In this document: positions 1-11,900 of the stretch, in pieces
Layout of the letters: each line of letters begins with the position of its first letter
How positions within the stretch are numbered: the stretch's first letter is position 1
Source of the DNA: Eledone cirrhosa
Taxonomy: Eukaryota
Direction of reading: 5' to 3'
Assembly: GCA_964016885.1 (NCBI GenBank)
Contig: OZ024741.1
Span: 253,890,001-253,954,000, forward strand
DNA length: 64,000 nucleotides
Program-made: the position numbers and the translations under genes
The notes under the pieces: model-generated
Told to the model about the DNA's origin: nothing
Database searches by the model: none
Seen by the model: only the letters and a program-made list of their open reading frames with translations

Positions 1-3000
1 GGTGTATGTGTGACATTAAGACTGTATATATACCTGTTGGTGTATGTGTGACATTAAGACTGTATATATACCTGTTGGTGTATGTGTGACATTAAGACTG
101 TATATATACCTGTTGGTGTATGTGTGACATTAAGACTGTATATATACCTGTTGGTGTATGTGTGACATTATGACTGTATATATACCTGTTGGTGTATGTG
201 TGACATTATGACTGTATACCTGTTGGTGTATGTGTGACATTATGACTGTATATATACCTGTTGGTGTATGTGTGACATTAAGACTGTATATATACCTGTT
301 GGTGTATGTGTGACATTATGACTGTGTATATACCTGTTGGTGTATGTGTGACATTAAGACTGTATACCTGTTGGTGTATGTGTGACATTAAGACTGTGTA
401 TATACCTGTTGGTGTATGTGTGACATTATGACTGTATATATACCTGTTGGTGTATGTGTGACATTAAGACTGTGTATATACCTGTTGGTGTATGTGTGAC
501 ATTAAGACTGTATATATACCTGTTGGTGTATGTGTGACATTATGACTGTATATATACCTGTTGGTGTATGTGTGACATTATGACTGTGTATATACCTGTT
601 GGTGTATGTGTGACATTATGACTGTGTATATACATGTTGGTGTATGTGTGACATTATGACTGTGTGTATACCTGTTGGTGTATGTGTGACATTATGACTT
701 CATATATACCTGTTGGTGTATGTGTGACATTAAGACTGTATATATACCTGTTGGTGTATGTGTCACATTATGACTGTATATATACCTGTTGGTGTATGTG
801 TCACATTATGACTGTATATATACCTGTTGGTGTATGTGTCACATTATGACTGTATATATACCTGTTGGTGTATATGTGACATTAAGACTGTATATATACC
901 TGTTGGTGTATGTGTGACATTAAGACTGTATATATATCTGCTGGTGTATGTGTGACATTATGACTGTCTATATACCTGTTGGTGTATGTGTGATATTAAG
1001 ACTGTATATATACCTGTTGGTGTATGTGTGACATTAAGACTGTATATATACCTGTTGGTGTATGTGTGACATTAAGACTGTATATATACCTGTTGGTGTA
1101 TGTGTGACATTAAGACTGTATATATACCTGTTGGTGTATGTGTGACATTAAGACTGTATATATACCTGTTGGTGTATGTGTGACATTATGACTGTATATA
1201 TACCTGTTGGTGTATGTGTGACATTAAGTCTGTGTATATACCTGTTGGTGTATGTGTGACATTAAGACTGTGTATATACCTGTTGGTGTATGTGTGACAT
1301 TAAGACTGTATATATACCTGTTGGTGTATGTGTGACATTAAGACTGTATATATACCTGTTGGTGTATGTGTGACATTATGACTGTATATATACCTGTTGG
1401 TATATGTGTGACATTAAGACTGTATATATACCTGTTGGTGTGTGTGTGACATTATGACTGTATATATACCTGTTGGTGTATGTGTGACATTATGACTGTA
1501 TATATACCTGTTGGTGTATGTGTGACATTAAGACTGTATATATAGCTGTTGGTGTATGTGTGACATTAAGACTGTGTATATACCTGTTGGTGTATGTGTG
1601 ACATTATGACTGTATATATACCTGTTGGTGTATGTGTGACATTAAGACTGTGTACCTGTTGGTGTATGTGTGACATTAAGACTGTGTATATACCTGTTGG
1701 TGTATGTGTGACATTAAGACTGTATATATACCTGTTGGTGTATGTGTGACATTATGACTGTGTATACCTGTTGGTGTATGTGTGACATTATGACTGTGTA
1801 TATACCTGTTGGTGTATGTGTGACATTATGACTGTGTATATACCTGTTGGTGTATGTGTGACATTAAGACTGTATATATACCTGTTGGTGTATGTGTGAC
1901 ATTAAGACTGTGTATACCTGTTGGTGTATGTGTGACAGTATGACTGTGTGTATACCTGTTGGTGTATGTGTGACATTATGACTGTGTATATACCTGTTGG
2001 TGTATGTGTGACATTAAGACTGTATATATACCTGTTGGTGTATGTGTGACATTAAGACTGTATATATACCTGTTGGTGTATGTGTGACATTAAGACTGTA
2101 TATATACCTGTTGGTGTATGTGTGATATTAAGATTGTATATATACCTGCTGGTGTATGTGTGACATTATGACTGTGTATATACCTGTTGGTGTATGTGTG
2201 ATATTAAGACTGTATATATACCTGTTGGTGTATGTGTGACATTAAGACTGTATATATACCTGTTGGTGTATGTGTGACATTAAGACTGTATATATACCTG
2301 TTGGTGTATGTGTGACATTAAGACTGTATATATACCTGTTGGTGTATGTGTGACATTAAGACTGTATATATACCTGTTGGTGTATGTGTGACATTAAGAC
2401 TGTATATATACCTGTTGGTGTATGTGTGACATTATGACTGTATATATACCTGTTGGTGTATGTGTGACATTATGACTGTATACCTGTTGGTGTATGTGTG
2501 ACATTATGACTGTATATATACCTGTTGGTGTATGTGTGACATTAAGACTGTATATATACCTGTTGGTGTATGTGTGACATTATGACTGTGTATATACCTG
2601 TTGGTGTATGTGTGACATTAAGACTGTATACCTGTTGGTGTATGTGTGACATTAAGACTGTGTATATACCTGTTGGTGTATGTGTGACATTATGACTGTA
2701 TATATACCTGTTGGTGTATGTGTGACATTAAGACTGTGTACCTGTTGGTGTATGTGTGACATTAAGACTGTATATATACCTGTTGGTGTATGTGTGACAT
2801 TATGACTGTGTATACCTGTTGGTGTATGTGTGACATTATGACTGTGTATATACCTGTTGGTGTATGTGTGACATTATGACTGTGTATATACCTGTTGGTG
2901 TATGTGTGACATTAAGACTGTATATATACCTGTTGGTGTATGTGTGACATTAAGACTGTGTATACTTGTTGGTGTATGTGTGACAGTATGACTGTGTGTA

Positions 3001-4020
3001 TACCTGTTGGTGTATGTGTGACATTATGACTGTGTATATACCTGTTGGTGTATGTGTGACATTAAGACTGTATATATACCTGTTGGTGTATGTGTGACAT
3101 TAAGACTGTATATATACCTGTTGGTGTATGTGTGACATTAAGACTGTATATATACCTGTTGGTGTATGTGTGATATTAAGACTGTATATATACCTGCTGG
3201 TGTATGTGTGACATTATGACTGTGTATATACCTGTTGGTGTATGTGTGATATTAAGATTGTATATATACCTGTTGGTGTATGTGTGACATTAAGACTGTA
3301 TATATACCTGTTGGTGTATGTGTGACATTAAGACTGTATATATACCTGTTGGTGTATGTGTGACATTAAGACTGTATATATACCTGTTGGTGTATGTCTG
3401 ACATTAAGACTGTATATATACCTGTTGGTGTATGTGTGACATTATGACTGTGTATACCTGTTGGTGTATGTGTGACATTATGACTGTGTATATACCTGTT
3501 GGTGTATGTGTGACATTATGACTGTGTATATACCTGTTGGTGTATGTGTGACATTAAGACTGTATATATACCTGTTGGTGTATGTGTGACATTAAGACTG
3601 TGTATACCTGTTGGTGTATGTGTGACAGTATGACTGTGTATATACCTGTTGGTGTATGTGTGACATTATGACTGTGTATATACCTGTTGGTGTATGTGTG
3701 ACATTAAGACTGTATATATACCTGTTGGTGTATGTGTGACATTAAGACTGTATATATACCTGTTGGTGTATGTGTAACATTAAGACGGTATATATACCTG
3801 TTGGTGTATGTGTGCCTTTAAGACTGTATATATACCTGTTGGTGTATGTGTGACATTAAGACTGTATATATACCTGTTGGTGTATGTGTGACATTAAGAC
3901 TGTATATATACCTGTTGGTGTATGTGTGATATTAAGACTGTATATATACCTGCTGGTGTATGTGTGACATTATGACTGTGTATATACCTGTTGGTGTATG
4001 TGTGATATTAAGACTGTATA
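1..4020. repeat. 38-bp tandem satellite, left block (consensus CCTGTTGGTGTATGTGTGACATT(A/T)AGACTGT(A/G)TATATA-type unit; unit length varies with the TA/TG run)
   Basis: Uninterrupted tandem units from the window start to 4020, where a unit is broken after ...AGACTGTATA. Confidence 0.98.
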
Positions 4021-4022
4021 TC

Positions 4023-4077
4023 TGTTAGAACACGAAAAGTGTGAAACAACAGAATGTTCACTTTTCGTGTTCTAACA
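4023..4077 (+). other. 5'-terminal hairpin of the Helitron-like element
   Basis: Perfect 19-bp arms TGTTAGAACACGAAAAGTG (4023-4041) and CACTTTTCGTGTTCTAACA (4059-4077), 17-nt loop, starting 2 nt inside the element end. Confidence 0.9.
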
Positions 4078-5014
4078 TATATGCCTAGCTTATCTAAAAG
4101 TTTTTCGGGGATAGCCGTGGTGGTGATCGTATGTCATTGGCTAATTTTCAACCAATCAGAGTACCTCTCTCTATATCTCTTCCACTGTTACTTACGCCTG
4201 TTTCTCTCTATCTGTTCCGTCTCTATTTATATCTCTTACTCTTTCGCTTTGCACTCCTCCCCTTCAATACCATCTCTCCCCCTCTCTATATATTTGTTAC
4301 TCTGTCGCTGCACGCTCCTCTCCTTCAATATATCAATTACACACGCTTTACACTCCTTTATCCCCAGCGCCCCTATATATACACCCCCCCCCTCTCCCGC
4401 ATCTATATTTTAATGTACCGTTGCACCGCGAATATATGTGTCTATATATATATATATACATATATATTGTATATACACATTCATGTATGTGTATACACAC
4501 TCATGTATGTATATACACTGGTTTTATGTGTGTATTGTAAATTTGTACTGTTAAAACACGAAACTAACATTCGATTGACACTTTGATTACCTGTACAGGC
4601 AATAGTTATTAGAATGCTGTTGAAGTGTGTATATATTTTTGGGGGACATCCTGTATATACACACATTATATATAATACAATAAACAGATAAATACACACA
4701 TATATATATGAGCTTATTTAATTATAAATATTGTGAATTTTTAACTCAGTTCAATTATATATATAAATGGCTTCTACAGGACTAGAACTGTTTCATTCGA
4801 AAGAAATCATCATAATATTGAGAGGGGGGACTAGATAAAATATTTCAAATCAAATGTGTATAAGTTATAAGTTAAAATGTATAAATAGAGACGATAGTGG
4901 AGGTATATCTGTTTAGTGGAACAGTAGACGATAGAATTAAATACAGACGATAATCTCCCTTTAATGAAACAGCAGACGATAGAATTAAGGCAATTTAAAT
5001 TTTAAGCATTTGCA

Positions 5015-5068
5015 TTTTTGCCTTTCATCGTTACGGGGTCGATAAAATAAAGTACCAGTAATACACTG
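5015..5068 (+). mobile_element. SINE fragment (central domain), same family as 15179-15362 and 29322-29500
   Basis: TTTGCCTTTCATCGTTACGGGGTCGATAAAATAAAGTACCAGTAA closely matches the reverse complement of ~29362-29406. Confidence 0.7.
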
Positions 5069-5428
5069 TCACTAGACGACTTTCAAATTGAATTGTTGGT
5101 TCCATTTCTTTAGTATTTTCAATTATAGTTATCTACTTAAAAAGCGTTACACGGTTAGAGACATAATTCGTAAGTTATATCTTCCCTATTAAACCATTGC
5201 ATTATTTCGCCTACAATAGAACAAAAATGAAATGTTCTTTAAAGAAACAGGAATATAACTTTATAAAAAAAAAAGTTGCATCCGCTTCTTTTATCATTGA
5301 TAATTTTTTCGTTTTAATATTAATTGTTTTTTGTAGTTGTTTATATTAAAAATCTTACTGTAATATTTACTTAAACGAAGGCAAACATCTAAACTTATAG
5401 ATTAATCTTGAGCGAAGGACTAGATAAA

Positions 5429-5432
5429 TCTC

Positions 5433-5524
<92 letters not shown>
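5429..5524. repeat. (CT)n-(TA)n compound microsatellite
   Basis: Direct reading. Confidence 0.95.
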
Positions 5525-5527
<3 letters not shown>

Positions 5528-5780
5528 GAAGAATGATAAAATTTCAAGCAAAGAGTTTAATTAGGTATATTTTGTAATATTATTAACTAATTATTATAAT
5601 TAACGCTTCAGGCTTTGTCTATATACTGAAACAAATTTGTAAGTCATTACCTAATTAAACTCTTTGCTTGAAAATTTTATCACTCTTCGTTTTGAATTTC
5701 TCCTAAGTATTCAATGCTCTGTTGAGAAATACATTTTACATAAACAGTCTTTGTACCATTTATACGGTATTAATTACTTA

Positions 5781-5784
<4 letters not shown>

Positions 5785-5838
<54 letters not shown>
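5785..5838. repeat. (TA)n microsatellite just upstream of the Rep-helicase ORF
   Basis: Direct reading. Confidence 0.95.
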
Positions 5839-5839
<1 letters not shown>

Positions 5840-5902
5840 CGTATGAACCGCCAAGTAGCGAGGTATCACTGTATATATGTTTAAATATATAGTGTAGCTG
5901 TG

Positions 5903-8900
5903 ATGTATCTCGCGAGTGAATCGAGACCTGTCACTGATTTTGGTGTCCCCACTGCCGATGTGAATGAGCAACGCTGCACTTGTGAATTGGGTCTTGATGT
6001 TGCAGGCAGTTCATATACTTACAATGATGCGGTCCCACAAGCTTGTTCACATTCCTGTGCTAATAATCTAGATGGGCATATTAAATTGGATGTGAAAGCA
6101 GCTTACCGGATGCGGAATCGGGAGAAGTTGAGACAAAAACAGGCCAAGTATAGATGTTCAAAACGGTATGAGTTGGCAAACAAGCAGGCCAAGTATAGAT
6201 CTGCAAATTCAGCTATTATATCTCAAAAGCAAGCCGAGCGTAGAGCTTCTAAACGTACCGAGTTGGCTAAAGAGCAGACCAAGTACAGATCTGCAAATCA
6301 AGACAAAGTATTACAAACAAAGGCTATGTATAAAATTCACCATAAAGATAATATACAGTCTTATGAGAAAACATATTATAAAAAAAAGTTTCTTCATAAG
6401 CGGTCTTTGTATCAAATGAAGAAACTAAATAAAATGGTTGACTTCCGGATGCAGCATCAGATCTTGATGTCCCAATTTGTTAAGTCATATAAAAAGACAA
6501 TAACAGATACCAATCTTCGCAACGACGCATATAGTCACGTGCTGAGTGTGTTCTCCAGATCTGTTGGGATGCGAAATTTTGTGTGTGCTCAATTAAAAAT
6601 AAATGTTAAAGCTGTGCATACATTGATGGAAAAGATCAATGCTAACGGTTTGTTGCATTATTGGGGAAATCAACATTATCACAGTTCCACCAATGAGCTT
6701 CCTAATTTTGACAAGAGCACTGCAAAGTACATGAAAATGGATGAGTTTAAAAATCAGTCCGTTGAGAAAGTCCGAATAGTCGTTATCAATAATAAGGAGA
6801 CAGACAACATTGTGAATGACATGGCTAATGCTGACGAGCAGAATGATGATAATGATGTGTCTAAATGTTTGGTTAGACCTTGCGGGTCTTCCATATTAGA
6901 TACATGTCCAAATGACTCAGCTACTCGTCTAACTTTGTGCCAAAGAATTGATGATAAACTTCCAAAACTCAATCCCGATATGACAGTTGCTGAAATAAGG
7001 CAGTTGATCGAGAAATATGAGTTTTGCAATGTTACTCATGATAATGATCAGCACTGCATCGGTCAAACTGGCTGCACCAGTGAATTTGGCTTTTTAAAAT
7101 CCATAGCAGTTCACTCGCCAAAGTTGCGCACATTGCTGAGGAAAATTTATAAAGTTCGGTCCTTATGTATTTGGCTCAACAAGTACAATGAAGCTGTTTT
7201 CAATGGCGATTGGACCAACTTTGAGAATTTGACAGACGTTGCCAACATTGAGCGTGCTATTGCAGTTAAATTCAATAATATGTGCACTGGTTTCAATGAT
7301 GTCGAACACACTGATGCAGATGTCATTCATAAATATGGTAATCAAGTTCAAAGATTTCAATCTGAAATTACCAACTATAAAATCCAACATTGTCATATCT
7401 GCAAACTGCGCAAATATAGCAAGGAACTAAAAGTTTGGGATAATTGGAACTCTAGATATTTTAAAACGGCCGTTGCAAAGGATGCAATAACTGCCAACTA
7501 CTCTTTGCCTTGCACAGTCTGCACAACATGCACTACACATTTGCGAAACAGTGGGGTGCCTTCAATGGCCTCAATAAATGGCTTGGGCGTTGCTGCCGTT
7601 CCCAAAGAACTTGCTGATCTTAATACATATGAGCGAATACTTGTACAACGGGCCAAATGTTTCGTCAATGTAATAAAACTGGTGCCATACTCATTCAAAG
7701 GCAATATTTCAGCATGCATTTCCGCTATTAAAGGAATTGCAATTCACTTGCCTTTGCCTATGGACGGAACTATTAACCGCACCATGGATACGTTACCTGC
7801 GCTTCAAGACGACATGCTTAAAATAGTCGTTGATAGCTTGCCTTCGCGGAAACAAATTATCTGGCGTTCAATGGTAGACATGAGTAAAGTATTGAAGGCA
7901 CTTGATTGGCTTGCAGCAAACAATGTAATGTATGCCGATGTTAAGATCAATCGCTACGCCGATACGGAAAATGAAAACATTGTCGAGTGCTCGGGAGTTA
8001 ATAATGCCAAATTCGATAATCTTTTACTTAAATCGAATGCTGGCATTACCTATGAGCATCACACTGTTAAAGACATGAATCCGTGTCTCCCTGCAGACAC
8101 TGACTTGGCTTTGTACAAAATGAAAAGAGTGGAAGGCGATTTCATTGCAGACAATGATAAAAAACTTGAGTTGTTGTGCTTTCCTTGTCTTTATCCAACT
8201 GGTCAGTTTGGCATTTTCGTGGACAATAGACCGTTTGGCGCTGTAAAGCCATACATGTTCATAAGAAACAGACTGAATCATAGCGACTCTAGATTTCGGC
8301 GAGATATACAATATCTCATGTTTTGTCTTGATAAAGCCGACAAGAGAGGCATTGATTCTGGTATATATGCCATCATGAAGACCACCAAAAACAGCCGCAT
8401 GACTATAAGCGAGTTTAGAAGGCGGCTTCATGAAAATGACAGGCACCTAGAGGGCAATTTAAATATGATGATGGCCAATGTCCGTGGTTCCAAGCAGTTT
8501 TGGTCTAGAAAATGTTCAGACTTGATGGCTATGGACGAGAAATTTGGCCCGGCCCACTTGTTCTTAACTTTGTCTTGTGCAGAGTACTTTTGGCCTGATC
8601 TGAGAGAGTTCCTGGAAAAGTTGAATGCTGGCATACCAGACATTTCTAGAAAACGCACCAATGAGTTGTGCGCGGATGACGTGGTGGCTGTTAGCGAACA
8701 TTTTCACCATCGGTTCACCACCTTTATGAAAGAAGTTGTTAAACATACCAATTCTCCGTTTGGTATTGTCGAGCACTTTTTTTGGAGGTTGGAATACCAA
8801 ATGAGAGGTGCTCCGCATGTTCATATGAAATTATGGATTAAAGATGGCCCTATTATGGACAGAGACGACAAGTATGCTATTCAGACGTTTATACAGTCCA

Positions 8901-11900
8901 TGATCACATGTCGCATGCCGTCCAATGTAGAAAGCCCCGTTTTGTCAGACTTGGTGTTGCGTTTTCAACGACATGTGTGTAGTGGATCCTGCAAAAGGCA
9001 AATATTTTCGAGTGGTCGTTTTTACACTCGATGCAGGTTTGGATTTCCTCGTCCTATCGGGAATTTCAATTTGCTTAGCGTCAACGAGTGCATAAAATCT
9101 CGACACAAAGGTAGAGCTGTCAAAAAGTTGTACAAGCTTGACAGACGACAAGGGGAAGAGTGCATCAATGACTACAATCCTGTTGTTCTGTATGTCTGGA
9201 AAGCTAATGTCGATATCCAATACATCGGTGAAGATAGCATGATTCTAAACCGATATGTTACTAGTTATCAGACAAAGTCCGAAAAGACTGAAACTGAAGG
9301 TATTTGGGCTGAGATTGACAAGTCCAAGTCCATTTACTCCAGATACAAGAGTGTCGGACTTAAGCTGATGGGCAAGCGTGATACAGGTGCCTATGAGGCT
9401 GCAGACAAATTGCTTGGCCACCATTTTTATGGATGCTCTGAAAGCCTCATTTGGATTGGGGCCGATTTGCCTAGTTACCGATCCCACAGGTTCAGGCCTC
9501 AGTATGAACTGGATAAATTGAAACCGTATTCTACCGATCTTTATTACGAGAATATGGTCGAAAATTGGTATCCAAACAGGCCTGATTCGATGGAGCACAT
9601 GTGTTTGTATGAACTTGCGAGTAAATACGAACATGTGAATCCAATTGGTAACAGCAATTTTGATGACGACTTCAGGTTGAGAAATAATCTTGGCTATTTC
9701 AAATCTGTGAAAGAGCGGATTGTGAAGTCGCCAAACATTAGATTGACTGCAGATACCTGTGAGCGCTATCACCACAACCTGCTTATACTCTTTAAACCTT
9801 GGCGAGACGAGGAAAAAGACTTGCTGGGAGGTTGTGAGACTTATAAAGAGTCTTTTGAACAGTGTGCAAACCATTTATCTGAAATGGTCAGGTTCCAGAA
9901 TGTGCGCAAACGTTTGGAGAATGCGCTGGAACAAGCCAAACATATTCAAAACGAACCTCAGTCTCATGATAATGATGACCATTCTTGCGGTGATCACATG
10001 GAGGCGTTGGCAGTTGATGATGCTAATGTCGATTTGCCTTGCATGAGAGATGTCAATGAGGATGCACTGAGGCATAAAGAAAATAAACTGAATGAAGTGC
10101 AAAGAAAAATTTATGACGATATCGTTGCCGGTATTGACAAACAAGACAAACATTGGGACAACAGCAAACCTTATCCGAGATGTAGTTGCGATGATTGTCC
10201 ACAAGTCTTGAAATTTGTTTCAGGTGTTGGTGGCACGGGCAAGAGTTTTTTGATAAATGTACTGGCTGATAAAATTCAGTACATGTATCCAAATGACAAT
10301 GGCCCGAGCGTAGTGATATCGGCACCCACAGGAATGGCTGCTTTCCAACTCAACGGCATGACTGTTCATCGAATGCTAAAGCTCAAAGTGCAGCACGGTA
10401 AAACTCCCGTGTACGATGATCTACCAAAGGACTTTTTGAAAATGCTGAGGATGGGGCTTCAATATGTCCGACTGATCATAATCGATGAGATTAGCATGGT
10501 CAGTCATTTGCAGTTGGCATTCATTCACTTGAGATTGTGCCAATTGTTTTGTGACTTTGCCCAAGGCATTTCTCCTTTCGGGCGAATGAACATTGTTGTT
10601 TTTGGAGATTTGCTTCAATTACCGCCTGTTAGAGAAAAGCCGGTGTTTAACAAAGTTACTCACCAAGATGCACAAAGATCATGCATAGGCGTCAGCAGCC
10701 ACCATTTGTGGAGGTACTTCAAGTACGACGAGTTGACAGTCAACATGCGTCAGAAAGAAGACTTGGATAATTATGTTGACATGCTCGGCCGAATAAGGCT
10801 GGGTTCACCACTTGATTCAGATATTGAAATTCTAAATAAGCATAGAATTGATCTCAACGGCAAAGCTTCCATTGATCAGGTTGCTTACAAAATGTGTGAG
10901 CTGATACAGACTTCTAATTTGAGTATCGTCTGTATCATGCCTCTAAACGAGTCAGTAGAAAAGTTTAACGCTGCAATGCTCAATAAACTTGGCATTAATA
11001 CCGTTGAACTTATGGCTATTGATTCGAATATGAGGCAAACCAAATGTCAAAAGAAAACAATAAGAAAAAAGCTGACCACTAAAAAGACTTCTGATACTGC
11101 TGGCCTTGAAACTGTTCTTAAAGTTGGCGTTAATGCTCGAGTTATGCTTAAACGCAACATCGATCTTGAGAAAGGCTTGTGCAATGGTGCAATGGGAACT
11201 GTAAAGCAACTCAATTATGAGTTTGGAAAAATTACTTCCATTGACGTTCTCTTTGAGAGTACAAACCAAATTGTTGCCATCAAACGTGTCAAAGCCGATT
11301 ACGAATTGTCTCCTAGTGTTTTTATCACTAGAGAACAATATCCCTTGTGCATTGCATATGCAATTTCCATCCACAAATCACAGGGAATAAGTGTCGATGG
11401 AGTCGTTGTTGATTTGGGCACTGGCGTTTTTGCAGACGGTATGGCCTATGTAGCCTTGTCTAGAGCCCGCAAACTGTGCAATGTTTACTTGATTGATCTT
11501 GATCCAACGAGTTTGATCATGTGCGACTCTAGTGCTTGGAGAGAATACAATTATTTGAGAGAGACCATTAATATGGGACCGCTTCCATTGTGTAACGTGA
11601 GGCCCAACAGTATTGGACAGGCCAAAAAAGCAACTAAAAAAAGTAAATTTGCTATTAATATTGACAGTGGAATGGTCAACTTGGCGAATCCAAAAAAGGC
11701 CAGAACTGAGAAAACGGTTGCAAAGCCGTACATTTCGCTGATCAATGAGAGAAATGCTTGCTTTGTAAACAGCACCATGCAAGTTATACGCCAGCTGGTG
11801 TTGTTGGTTGAACACATTCAGTCCACTGATGATGTTGCTATTCGTGAAATTAGCGATATTATATCGTCATCTGGAACTAAATCGGTCGCAAATTTGAGAA

